From the NCBI GenBank assembly GCA_011380095.1, contig DSAL01000063.1, positions 1-37,396 on the forward strand: a stretch of DNA of 37,396 bases. The letters are read 5' to 3'. The translations under genes and the position numbers were made by a program. The stretch is from Candidatus Altiarchaeales archaeon (lineage in GTDB: Archaea; Altiarchaeota; Altiarchaeia; IMC4; SCGC-AAA252-I15). A model generated the notes under the pieces. That model was given only the letters and a program-made list of their open reading frames with translations, had not been told where the DNA came from and ran no database searches. The stretch's first letter is position 1. Each line of letters starts with the position of its first letter. Positions 24,917 to 34,307 of this stretch are shown here, piece by piece.

Positions 24917-25395
24917 ACAAGTATTTCGGCGGATACCTTGTTTTGTCCGCCGTCTTCCTCCTTATTTTCCTGTTGGTAATCGCGCCACCATTCCTGGACA
25001 AGTACGGGCGTGAGAATCTTTTGGGGCTTGACTATCTCGTCTTCAGCGGATACTGCCACCAGCTCGACTACCGAAGCCTTCACTTGTGGGGTGTGAAGCT
25101 TGCGGTATGCGCCCGCTGTACTGGAGTTTATCTTGGATTCCTTATTGGAACATTAGCATACCCCTTCTTCCGAAAGCTCGATTCGGGGGAGAAGCCGCCG
25201 GTTTGGCTGATAGCTGTTGCGGTTTTTCCCATGGTCTTGGACGGGGGAACCCAGCTTATTGGACTTCGGGAGAGCAACAACATGCTTCGGCTTTTCACGG
25301 GACTGTTGTTCGGCGCCTGCATCGCGCCCTATCTTGTTTTTACCATGTCAAGGCTTGTTGAAGAGGTTGCGGTAAAATTCAGGCGTTCTGATTGA
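24913..25395 (+). CDS. DUF2085-family membrane protein
   Basis: SGYCHQLDYRSLHLWGVKLAVCARCTGVYLGF matches the DUF2085 signature CHQ..RS...G...CARCTG.Y.G. Confidence 0.8.
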   Translation: MNKYFGGYLVLSAVFLLIFLLVIAPPFLDKYGRENLLGLDYLVFSGYCHQLDYRSLHLWGVKLAVCARCTGVYLGFLIGTLAYPFFRKLDSGEKPPVWLIAVAVFPMVLDGGTQLIGLRESNNMLRLFTGLLFGACIAPYLVFTMSRLVEEVAVKFRRSD

Positions 25396-25439
25396 GTTGG
25401 AGTTAAATTTAAGCGTGTGGACTGAATTTCTAAACTGAC

Positions 25440-28157
25440 ATGAGAATCAAACGCTTTGAGACTAAAGCCTACGTCCTGTCTGACGCTGACGTGAATGCGG
25501 CTGAAAAATATTTTCAGGACCGTGCAAGGCATTATTCAAAGCAGTTGAAAAAGCAGGTTAGGACGGTTGTCGAGAGGGGTTATGCACCGGTTCTTGTTCT
25601 TGCCGCAATAAGGATGGATGATTCTGGAGAATACGCCAGAATCGAAAGCCTATTCCACGTAGACCTCAATAGCGGCGGACTGTTATACGGAAAGAATGCA
25701 GGAGGCGGGGGTTTTTTAAAGAATATTTTTTCTGGACCAAAACTTTTCGACATTCAAAACGACACAGTACTCCTGGAATTGCGGGCTCTGACTCCAGCAG
25801 CCTTAAAGGCTTTGGGAGACCTGATTATGAGGGGAACCCGCCAGTGGGAGATGCTTGACGCGCCGACCCAGAAGGCGTGCACGGAATTGATAGGCAGGAA
25901 GTTCGCCGAAAAATGGAATCCGAAGGATACTGAAAGCGATTTAACTTCAGTGTTTAGGGAGCTTGCCGAAATGAAGCGCGTCTCAAACGTCTTCTACGTC
26001 CGTCCGACGCTTAAAATCCCGAAATTCAACAGCGTAGAGTATAATATTTCCCGCGGACTGCAAAAGACCAAGACTGTTGAAGGCGACTATGGACGGCTTC
26101 CGATAAATCACGCTCCGGAAAAGCTTGAATACCTTTTAGGAACCTTGTTTTCATGCCAGCTTGTGGAAAAAGACATAATCTACCTTCCATACATCAAATG
26201 CACTTTCATGTTTGAAGGCGGAGTCGAGGTTGAAGTAAAGCATCCGCTCCGGCAGCGTGGCGGGAAGATAAAGAAGTATCAAAACCCCCAGCGCCTCAAA
26301 GACGTGAATATCGGAACCAGGGGGCACGGCCTAGAATCCACGCCAATAGAGTCGGTTTCCATAAACTTCAGCAACGTCGGGGGGATGGACGAGTTGAAGG
26401 AGGAGATAAAATCCGCCATAATCTATCCGCTAACGCATCCCGAACTCTCTGAAGAATACGGGAAGGCTGGAGGTGGTGGAGTATTATTCTACGGCCCGCC
26501 AGGGTGCGGAAAAACATATATTGTCCGGGCGACTGTGGGCGAGACGGGATTCAATTTTTTCGCGGCAAGCATACAGGATATTGTCGGTCTTGGGGCGGAC
26601 GCCGGCTCAAAACAGTTGAACGAGATATTCAACGAGGCTAGGAGGAGCGCCCCCTCAATACTGTTTTTCGACGAGATTGACGCTTTGGGTGGACGGCGGG
26701 AGGCTAAGAAGGCGGGGGGCGAGAGGATGGTGATAAACCAGTTCCTGACGGAAATGGAGGGTATTGGAGAATCCAATAGGAATGTTTTGGTAATCGGGGC
26801 GAGCAACGCTCCATGGGATATTGACCCGGCACTACGGCGTGCCGGACGTTTCACGAAACAGATTTTCGTTCCACCGCCGGACGGGAAGGCGCGGGAGACT
26901 TTGTTCAAGATTTACTTGAAGGACAGGCCGGTCGACAAAAAAGTCGATTTTAAAAAGCTGGTTGATATGAGTGAGGGGTATTCTTCCGCAGACATCACGG
27001 CAATATGCGAGGATGCGGCGAAGATCCCATGGAATGAGTCCGTGCACGGGGGGGCGAGACGACCGATAAACATGGACGATTTCGAGCTCGTGTTCAAACA
27101 GCGGGACAACTCGCTTACGGCATGGCTTCGTCTTGCGGAAAAGGAAATACGAAAAAGCGGGGAATACGACGTTTACCCCCGGCTTTCCGAATATGTTTTC
27201 AAGCGGGCTGGCGGCGTTGAGGCGGCGGAAACCCCCAATCTGTCTTTCAAGGATGTTGCCGGCCTTGAGGACGTGAAGGAGGTGATTCGCGAGAAAATCA
27301 TCTATCCGCTCGTGAACCCGGAGCTTGCGAGCGAATACCAGCAGGATGTTTCCGGCGGAATATTGTTGTACGGGCCGCCCGGCTGCGGTAAAACATATAT
27401 AAGCCGGGCGAGCGCAGGGGAATGCAAGTCGAATTTCTACAACATCAGGCTGACGGAACTACTCTCTTCCGAGGAGGGTGAGAGTGAAAAGCAACTGGCG
27501 GCGATATTTGAGCGCGCCTCGAGGAACACTCCCGCAATAATATTCTTCGACGAGATTGACGCGGTCGCAAGCACGCGTTCAAGCAAGAAGTCTGGGATGG
27601 AGAGGCGTCTTGTAAACCAGCTTCTCACAGAAATGGACGGTTTCGAAAAGAATCATGGAGTAGTCGTCATGGCTGCGACGAACACGCCATGGGACATTGA
27701 CCCGGCGTTGAGGAGGGCTGGAAGGTTTTCCTCAAGAATCTATCTTCCGGAGCCTGATTTTGAGGCGAGGAAGGCGATGATAAGCATTTACTGCCGTGGG
27801 AAGCCGGTTTCCAAAGACTTGAATATTGATGAGATTGCTGGGTTGACGGAAGGGTTTGCTTCGGCGGACGTCGCCCTTTTGGTGAATGACGCAGTGAAGG
27901 TGGCGTGGCGTGAGGCAATGAACGGGAAGCCAAAACGGGATGTGGTGACACAGGACTTTTTGAATGTCTTGAAAGACCGTGAGAGTTCTCTTGGACCATG
28001 GTATGCCCAAGCCGAGAAGGAGCTGGCTGAATCGGGGGAGGGTGAGAATTATCCAGAACTTTCCAATGCAATCAAAAGGAAGAAGAGTAGCGGGTGGAAG
28101 CCCAATAGAAAGCCTCAAACAGTAAAGAGTATTGGGGTGGAAGAGGAAAGCTGGTAG
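25440..28157 (+). CDS. Tandem AAA+ ATPase (Vps4/katanin-like modules) with an unrecognised ~320-aa N-terminal region
   Basis: There are two modules. Each has Walker A GPPGCGKTY and Walker B (ILFFDEIDAL, IIFFDEIDAV). Each also has N(A/T)PWDIDPALRRAGRF and a similar C-terminal helical extension (NSLTAWLRLAEKEIRKSGE / SSLGPWYAQAEKELAESGE). I recognise no domain in the N-terminal 320 aa. Confidence 0.85.
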   Translation: MRIKRFETKAYVLSDADVNAAEKYFQDRARHYSKQLKKQVRTVVERGYAPVLVLAAIRMDDSGEYARIESLFHVDLNSGGLLYGKNAGGGGFLKNIFSGPKLFDIQNDTVLLELRALTPAALKALGDLIMRGTRQWEMLDAPTQKACTELIGRKFAEKWNPKDTESDLTSVFRELAEMKRVSNVFYVRPTLKIPKFNSVEYNISRGLQKTKTVEGDYGRLPINHAPEKLEYLLGTLFSCQLVEKDIIYLPYIKCTFMFEGGVEVEVKHPLRQRGGKIKKYQNPQRLKDVNIGTRGHGLESTPIESVSINFSNVGGMDELKEEIKSAIIYPLTHPELSEEYGKAGGGGVLFYGPPGCGKTYIVRATVGETGFNFFAASIQDIVGLGADAGSKQLNEIFNEARRSAPSILFFDEIDALGGRREAKKAGGERMVINQFLTEMEGIGESNRNVLVIGASNAPWDIDPALRRAGRFTKQIFVPPPDGKARETLFKIYLKDRPVDKKVDFKKLVDMSEGYSSADITAICEDAAKIPWNESVHGGARRPINMDDFELVFKQRDNSLTAWLRLAEKEIRKSGEYDVYPRLSEYVFKRAGGVEAAETPNLSFKDVAGLEDVKEVIREKIIYPLVNPELASEYQQDVSGGILLYGPPGCGKTYISRASAGECKSNFYNIRLTELLSSEEGESEKQLAAIFERASRNTPAIIFFDEIDAVASTRSSKKSGMERRLVNQLLTEMDGFEKNHGVVVMAATNTPWDIDPALRRAGRFSSRIYLPEPDFEARKAMISIYCRGKPVSKDLNIDEIAGLTEGFASADVALLVNDAVKVAWREAMNGKPKRDVVTQDFLNVLKDRESSLGPWYAQAEKELAESGEGENYPELSNAIKRKKSSGWKPNRKPQTVKSIGVEEESW

Positions 28158-28168
28158 CGGGTGAAAAA

Positions 28169-29170
28169 TTAGGGGTGGTAGGGGAGTGTTTGCAGTCCCT
28201 CCGTCTCGCCATACCCCATCATCAGATTCATGTTTTCGACAGCCTGGCCTGACGCGCCCTTTATGAGGTTGTCTATGCTTGAGACGACGACAAGCCTTTG
28301 TTTTTCATTGTCGTAGAAGACTGCTATGTCGCAGTAGTTGCTGAACGCAACGTTCTTGACCGTGCTTTCCGAAACAACACGGACAAAAGGTTCTTTAGCA
28401 TACTTCTTTTCGAATATTTTCACTGGATCGTCTATTTCGCCGAATATATGGATTGTCTCCTGGATGCCCCGGCTGAATGGCGCGAGAGTCGGCGTGAAAT
28501 TCACCGACGCATTCGGATTCAACCCTTGGAGTATGAAGTCTATTTCAGGCTGGTGCCGATGTCCTATAACTTTATAGGGCTTTAGGTTGTCTGCCACCTC
28601 GGATGCGTGCAGGAATTGCGTTGGCTTGACTCCCGCCCCGCTTGTGCCGGATTTCGCGTCAACTATGATGTGCTCGAGGTCGAGTTTTTTCTCTCCCATG
28701 AGAGGTATGAGTCCGAGTAGCGCCGAGGTCACATAGCATCCGGGATTGGCGATAAGACTTGCTTTTTTGATTTTAGCCCTGTTGAGTTCCGGCAGGCCGT
28801 AGACTGCCTTTTTCAAGAGTTCGGGATTCTTGTGTATGCAATAGTATTTCTCGAAAACCTGCTTGTCTGAAATCCGGTAGTCTGCGCTCAAGTCTATGAC
28901 CTTTACGCCCGAATTCAAAAGTTCTGGAACCGCCTCCATCGATTTTGTGTGTGGAAGGCATAGGAATACTATGTCTGCGTCGCCCGCGCCCTTGTATTGC
29001 CTGAATTTTCCATTTAAAACTTTAGTGAGGTTTGGGTGCGCTTCAGGTATGTCCCTACCCTCGTAAGTTCTGGAGGTCGCTGTGACTTCATCCACTTTCG
29101 GGTGAAGCGACAGTATTCTCAAAAGCTCGCCCCCAGTATATCCGGAGCCTCCGACTACAAGCGCCTTCAT
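28169..29170 (-). CDS. argC: N-acetyl-gamma-glutamyl-phosphate reductase (ArgC/LysY family)
   Basis: MKALVVGGSGYTGGELLRIL is the N-terminal Rossmann motif. The catalytic-Cys motif is NPGCYVTSALLGL. The C-terminus is DNLIKGASGQAVENMNLMMG. Confidence 0.85.
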   Translation of the reverse strand: MKALVVGGSGYTGGELLRILSLHPKVDEVTATSRTYEGRDIPEAHPNLTKVLNGKFRQYKGAGDADIVFLCLPHTKSMEAVPELLNSGVKVIDLSADYRISDKQVFEKYYCIHKNPELLKKAVYGLPELNRAKIKKASLIANPGCYVTSALLGLIPLMGEKKLDLEHIIVDAKSGTSGAGVKPTQFLHASEVADNLKPYKVIGHRHQPEIDFILQGLNPNASVNFTPTLAPFSRGIQETIHIFGEIDDPVKIFEKKYAKEPFVRVVSESTVKNVAFSNYCDIAVFYDNEKQRLVVVSSIDNLIKGASGQAVENMNLMMGYGETEGLQTLPYHP

Positions 29171-29174
29171 CTTT

Positions 29175-30239
29175 CTAATACACCTCCAGGTCTGAAATCA
29201 TCTTCTCCCGGTTTGCAGTCCTCCTCTTCCTTGCCGCGGGAGGCTTCGGCTTTTCACTCTCCTCTGACACGAGTCTTACGTCAGGATCGAAGTATTGTAT
29301 GAAGTAGATGCTGTAGAGCCTCAAAAATACGGGTATTGGAAGAGTCAGCACGATTGTGACGTATCCCGTGAAAATCATCAGGAGCATCAGGAGGATTATC
29401 CCGAAGAATATTGCGACAAGGAGTATTGGGGAAAGAGCCGGGAACGCTCCGACCGCCAGAAGAAGTATGGCTGCGACACCGAAAACCGCGATTGCGGCAA
29501 TTACTATGACTACCAATATTACGACTATTCCTATTACGCCGGAGATGACAGATGTGATCAGTGTTAGTATTATCTTCAAGAGCAGGTAGACTATGAATTC
29601 ACCGGGATTCTCCCTAACAAGTTGTATTATCCGGCTCCAAGCCTCAAGTATTCCGAGTCTCCTGCCGAGCATGAGTGGCATCGCAAAGTCCGTTGTGAAG
29701 GAGGAGATTAGGGAGGAGAGTATGGCGAGCGCGAAGATTGCGGTGAAAAAGAGTGTCGCAAGGAGTATGGTGACCGCGGCATTCTCGAAATAAAACACTA
29801 TGCCGAAGAATAGGACTGCGAGAATCACCATGGAAAGTATAAGCACCAGGTCTATCGCGATGGTGAACAGGAATAGTGCAAGACCACGCTCCATGTTCCC
29901 GCGAAACCATGCTATGAAGCGGACGTCCTCTTTTGAAAGCGACTCTATGAACATGAACTTGAAAACCGACGAGAGGTATTGGAACGTCAGGCTGAGCGCA
30001 ATCAAAAACAAGGCAACAAAGATTACGACTATCAAAACCTCCGTCGTTATGTTGAAGTTTAAGTCCTCGTGGGGGGAGGACAAGTTCTGTCCGAAACCGC
30101 TTCCGCCAAGAGTGAAATTCGCGATAAGCAGGACGAGGGCGAGCTTCAGCCAGAAGTATGGGTTGAATTTCGTGAAAAGTATTTCCGCCGTCTTCCTAAG
30201 GGACGCGTTTAGCGCCGCAACAGCCTTATAGTCGCCCAT
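29175..30239 (-). CDS. Hypothetical polytopic membrane protein
   Basis: 354 aa with about 7-8 hydrophobic helices and a basic C-terminal tail (KPKPPAARKRRTANREK). It lies 4 nt upstream of argC. No family recognised. Confidence 0.6.
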   Translation of the reverse strand: MGDYKAVAALNASLRKTAEILFTKFNPYFWLKLALVLLIANFTLGGSGFGQNLSSPHEDLNFNITTEVLIVVIFVALFLIALSLTFQYLSSVFKFMFIESLSKEDVRFIAWFRGNMERGLALFLFTIAIDLVLILSMVILAVLFFGIVFYFENAAVTILLATLFFTAIFALAILSSLISSFTTDFAMPLMLGRRLGILEAWSRIIQLVRENPGEFIVYLLLKIILTLITSVISGVIGIVVILVVIVIAAIAVFGVAAILLLAVGAFPALSPILLVAIFFGIILLMLLMIFTGYVTIVLTLPIPVFLRLYSIYFIQYFDPDVRLVSEESEKPKPPAARKRRTANREKMISDLEVY

Positions 30240-30252
30240 ATTGTAAAACCCG

Positions 30253-31152
30253 TTACCTTAATTTGTTATACCTTTCTAAAACCTGCTCCATCGACGGCAG
30301 GTTCGTCTGGCACCCCCAGCTTTCCACGATAAAGCTTGCGGTGCTGTTACCAATAAGAGCCGAGTCATAAATGTCTTTCCCCCGGGCGTATCCAGCCAGA
30401 AAACCCGCGTTAAATGCGTCTCCAGCCCCGGATTCGTCGGCGACTTTCGTCTTGAACGTCTTCAAGTCGACTTTCGTGTCTTTCGCATAGACCGAACATC
30501 CTTCCGAACCCCGGGTTTCTATGAAGAATTCCGGACCTCTCGTAAAGTCAATCCTGAACCCGATTTTCCTAAGATGCGCGAGCTCGTGGTGGTTGACAAT
30601 CAAAATGTCTGTACTGCGCAAGACTGTCTTGAATTCGGGAGTGATTTCGCGGAACTTGAATATGCCGTACCCGGGATTCCAGACGATGAAAGACTTCTTG
30701 TACTCCTTAACAACCTTCTTGTGCAAGCCCATGTAGGTTCTTGCAAGATACACGGACTTAACGTCCCGCACAAGATTTTTCCCGAACTCTTTCACAGGGT
30801 CGAGGTCGTCGAGCTTCTCGGTCACCCCCTTTTGGAAGAAGCTTATCTGGTGTCCGTTGTTTTTGAAGAACATGCTTTTGGTGGTGTCGCCGAAAATGCT
30901 CTTCAACATAAGTTTAATCCCCTGACTTTCCATGTATCTGCGGTAATCCTCGGCATCCGTTCCAATGACGCTCACAAGCCCGCAATTCAAGCCGAGATTG
31001 TTGGCGACCACTACAGTATTCGCGCCCATCCCGCCGTAAAACCTTCTGGCGCTCGTGATGTCAGACGCCTGGTTCAACTCCGGAAGCTTCCCTACCCCGT
31101 AGAAGTAGTCAACTGCCGTATCGCCGAACACTAGAAGATCAAGATTTGGCAT
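30253..31152 (-). CDS. PfkB-family (ribokinase-like) carbohydrate/nucleoside kinase
   Basis: MPNLDLLVFGDTAVDY is the N-terminus, and the C-terminal motif is VADESGAGDAFNAGFLAG. ATG 31152 is preferred over the track start at 31170. Confidence 0.85.
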   Translation of the reverse strand: MPNLDLLVFGDTAVDYFYGVGKLPELNQASDITSARRFYGGMGANTVVVANNLGLNCGLVSVIGTDAEDYRRYMESQGIKLMLKSIFGDTTKSMFFKNNGHQISFFQKGVTEKLDDLDPVKEFGKNLVRDVKSVYLARTYMGLHKKVVKEYKKSFIVWNPGYGIFKFREITPEFKTVLRSTDILIVNHHELAHLRKIGFRIDFTRGPEFFIETRGSEGCSVYAKDTKVDLKTFKTKVADESGAGDAFNAGFLAGYARGKDIYDSALIGNSTASFIVESWGCQTNLPSMEQVLERYNKLR

Positions 31153-31208
31153 GAAAAATCCCCACAACAAGTAGGTTATTAGTCTGGCATCTTAATTAAT
31201 ACTCCCAA

Positions 31209-31883
31209 ATGAAAATCGTTTTCTCATACGGCGGAAGCATACTCGCCCAAGAAGGGACAGGCAAAAACTTCATCGAAAAAGTCGCTGGCATGCTCGAAGA
31301 ATTCTCGCAAAACCACAAGATTGCAGTGGTTGTAGGTGGTGGGAAGCCGGCGCGAGACGCAATCAAGATTGCGCGAGACAATGGCGAGAGCGAGGCGGCA
31401 TGCGACCACATAGGAATACTTGCAACACGAGACAACGCTCAACGGTTCTTAGATGTCTTGGGGGACTGCGCGCTCGACGTCATCCCGGAAACACTAGTGG
31501 ACGCGAAAAACCTGTTCGGCGAGAAAATCCTTGTGATGGGGGGGACTGAGCCGGGACACTCAACAGACGCGGTGGCCGCGATTTTAGCGGACTGGATTAA
31601 GGCCGACATTCTCATAAAGGCATCAAACATCGACTATGTCTACGACAAAAACCCGAAAATCCATTCCAACGCGAAGCCAATCAAACACATCAGCCCGAAA
31701 GAGGTGGTGTCGATGGTCGCCCACATGGAGTCCGGCGCCGGACAATACGCCTTAATCGACTTGGTTGCGGCTAAAGTCATAGAGCGTGCGAAAATCAAAA
31801 CAATTGTCTTGGACGGGCGGGATTTAGACAACATCAAGAATGTCGTAGCTGGAAGACCGTTCAAGGGAACGACAATAGAATAG
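31209..31883 (+). CDS. pyrH: UMP kinase (archaeal type)
   Basis: 224 aa. Matching stretches are MKIVFSYGGSIL, VVVGGG, VMGGTEPGHSTDAVAA and VYDKNPK. Confidence 0.9.
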   Translation: MKIVFSYGGSILAQEGTGKNFIEKVAGMLEEFSQNHKIAVVVGGGKPARDAIKIARDNGESEAACDHIGILATRDNAQRFLDVLGDCALDVIPETLVDAKNLFGEKILVMGGTEPGHSTDAVAAILADWIKADILIKASNIDYVYDKNPKIHSNAKPIKHISPKEVVSMVAHMESGAGQYALIDLVAAKVIERAKIKTIVLDGRDLDNIKNVVAGRPFKGTTIE

Positions 31884-31932
31884 ATGAAAAATGTTTTGAA
31901 AACAGTTCTCCTGATGCCAAAAACTAGTCAGC

Positions 31933-32664
31933 CTACATCGATTCTATTCTTGGCGCAAGATAATAGACCAGTTTTGAATCCCCGATTGAATACGAGATTT
32001 GCAGCGGCGCGTCAGTCCTAAGTTTTACCTGAACTATGGACGGAGGCTCTGCCTCCTTCAAAATGTTGTTCAAGTGGTCGAGGCTGAATACCGCGCGGGA
32101 AGCGCTCTTCTTCTCAAGCGAGAGGAGTTTTTCCTCTGGAAGCCTGATTTCAACGCTTCCGGTGTCGCCGTCGCAGGCTATGTTGAATCCGTCGTCAATG
32201 CTTAATGCGACGTGGTTGCTGACAAGCTCCGCGTCCTTCAAAGCCTCCTTGATTATTGCGGGCGGAATCTTCGCGCTTGACGTGAACTCAATCTGAGGCT
32301 CTTTGGGTGGGGACGAGTGAGCGTCGATTACAGCTATCTTGAAGCTTCGGGTAGTGTCGCCCTTGAATGTCATTCCAAGCCTCTTGTCCAGGCTCAAATG
32401 AATCTTGTCTTCCGCCTTGACGCGCTTTGTAATCTTGCTCATTTCGGCAAAATCGATTCCAATGTCGATCGGCCTGTCAAGTTCAAAGCTTTCAAAAGAT
32501 GATGCGGGTAGGTTAAAGTCGAGCATTGCAATCTGGCTCGGATCCATGGCCCTCAAATGCATGCCGTCGGAGTCAATTATAAAGGTGCCCTCGTCGAGTA
32601 TGGAAGCGATAGCGTCGATGCTGCTCTTCCAGTTCCTGGTGTCACTAATCACGGCTTTGAACAT
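31933..32664 (-). CDS. pcn: DNA polymerase sliding clamp (PCNA)
   Basis: 243 aa. Matching stretches are MFKAVISDTRNWKSSIDAIASILDEGTFIIDSDGMHLRAMDPSQIAMLDFNL and the terminal LVYYLAPRIE. Confidence 0.92.
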   Translation of the reverse strand: MFKAVISDTRNWKSSIDAIASILDEGTFIIDSDGMHLRAMDPSQIAMLDFNLPASSFESFELDRPIDIGIDFAEMSKITKRVKAEDKIHLSLDKRLGMTFKGDTTRSFKIAVIDAHSSPPKEPQIEFTSSAKIPPAIIKEALKDAELVSNHVALSIDDGFNIACDGDTGSVEIRLPEEKLLSLEKKSASRAVFSLDHLNNILKEAEPPSIVQVKLRTDAPLQISYSIGDSKLVYYLAPRIESM

Positions 32665-32741
32665 AATACATCACCAACCAAGGTATTGCTAAAGTATTAG
32701 AAACCAAGTTAATAAGATGGCGGCGGAGTTTTCCAAAACCA

Positions 32742-34277
32742 TTATTTAAAGCATTCCCTAACATGGTTTCTGTCTAACGTTAAAAGGAGGGCTGCGGCCT
32801 TTGGACCCTTTTCCTTTCCAATGAGTGTGGTGTAGATTGCCTTGAATAGTTGGGGGGGTTTCAGGTCATTCGCTCTTGCAGTATTGTAAATTGTCTTGTG
32901 GAACTCCTCCGCAGTCTGCGGCTTGTCCAGTTGTTTTGAAAGCTCCCGCAAACACTTTTTCTCAACGTCTGTGAGTTTGGAAAATTCTTTCCTCGCCCCG
33001 TCAACCGTGTTGAGCGTGAAAGTCAATTGCTCCGGCCCATACTGCCTAACCCAGTTTCCGGCGACCCGCACGCGCTCGACCAAACGCTCCGCATCGAAGT
33101 CACAGTATCCTGAAAAGTTGGCGCGCTCGACAATCACGCTATCGTCAAGCTCTGGAACAACTTGTGCAAGTACTGCGCAGAACGTGTAGGGCACATTCAG
33201 TTTTTTCGGCTCCCCCACTTGGGAGAGGAGATACTGGAGTGACTCATCGCTTCCCGCGCTTGAAAAGTATTGTGCTTCCGCCTGGTCGTATTCGTCAGCC
33301 ATCGGGGGAATCCTTGATAAATCTATGTCGCGCTGTTTGTTCAGCTTCTTGTACATGAAATAGTTCAAGACTTCGGGCTCGGCTATTTCAAGCCAGCCTG
33401 CAGGAGTTATCACGTTGCCCTTGCTCGAACTTATCTTCTCCCCGTTCAAAGTCAAAAACTCGTAGATGACCGGGACCGGAGCATCACGACCGAAGATGTT
33501 CTCGATGATTTTCTTGCTCGTCCAATAAGAGCCTCCCGCCGACGCATGGTCTTTTCCGAAAGGCTCGCACGTAACCTTGAAGTGGTTCCAGCGTGACGCC
33601 CACTCGACCCGCCAAGGCATCTTGCCCATGCCGTCTTTTATGTCTGAAACTCCCTGGTGGCCGCATCCCGCGACTTCCCCGCCCTTAACTTCAGCGCCTT
33701 CGCAGACGTAGGAGACTTTGTCGCCGTCAACGGCAGTCGCGCGCGTACTTGAAATCTTACCGCACTTCTCGCAAATCGGAGTCCAAGGAATCCAGTCCGC
33801 ATCCAACGGCGTGTCACGGAACTCGTTGAGGATGGAGATGATTTCAGCTCTGCGCTCAATCACAATCCTAATCTCCTCAAGCAGTTGTCCCGAGCGGTAG
33901 ATTTCGGTTCCGGAATAGACTTTCGGCTTTACTCCGAATGATTTGAGGCTTTCGAGGAAGGGTTTTGCGAAATGTTCGACGAAATTGTCGTGGCAGCCGT
34001 CTGGGTCTGGAATGTCTTTCACGGGATAGCCGAGATATTCCTTCAAGGATTCCATGCCCTTCGGAACGCTCCTGAACGGGTCTGAATCGTCCGCAACCCA
34101 GACTAGTTCCGCCGGATATCCTGAGCGCTCGACCGCCTTCCTAACGCATTCTCCCCGTATGATGTCGCTCGCGTTCCCAAGGTGGGGGATGCCCGAGATG
34201 CTTGTGCCCGTTTCAATTACGACCTTCTTGTCGCCTCTTGAAACACACTCCTCGGCGGTCGTAGTACTCCAGTGCAT
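32742..34277 (-). CDS. lysK: Lysyl-tRNA synthetase, class I
   Basis: MHWSTTTAEE is the class I LysRS start (MHWAD...). GTSISGIPHLGNASD is the HIGH region and KISSSKGN is KMSKS-like. The track starts at TTG 34298; ATG 34277 is preferred. Confidence 0.92.
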   Translation of the reverse strand: MHWSTTTAEECVSRGDKKVVIETGTSISGIPHLGNASDIIRGECVRKAVERSGYPAELVWVADDSDPFRSVPKGMESLKEYLGYPVKDIPDPDGCHDNFVEHFAKPFLESLKSFGVKPKVYSGTEIYRSGQLLEEIRIVIERRAEIISILNEFRDTPLDADWIPWTPICEKCGKISSTRATAVDGDKVSYVCEGAEVKGGEVAGCGHQGVSDIKDGMGKMPWRVEWASRWNHFKVTCEPFGKDHASAGGSYWTSKKIIENIFGRDAPVPVIYEFLTLNGEKISSSKGNVITPAGWLEIAEPEVLNYFMYKKLNKQRDIDLSRIPPMADEYDQAEAQYFSSAGSDESLQYLLSQVGEPKKLNVPYTFCAVLAQVVPELDDSVIVERANFSGYCDFDAERLVERVRVAGNWVRQYGPEQLTFTLNTVDGARKEFSKLTDVEKKCLRELSKQLDKPQTAEEFHKTIYNTARANDLKPPQLFKAIYTTLIGKEKGPKAAALLLTLDRNHVRECFK

Positions 34278-34307
34278 GGAGTATTTAATTGTATTCAAAG
34301 ATAATTA

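Noticed and set aside
24559-25083. 174-aa ORF on the minus strand
   Set aside because: It is antisense to glycine-zipper paralog B and the DUF2085 gene. It is a compositional mirror ORF.
30574-31134. 186-aa + strand ORF
   Set aside because: It is antisense to the PfkB kinase gene and has no motif support.
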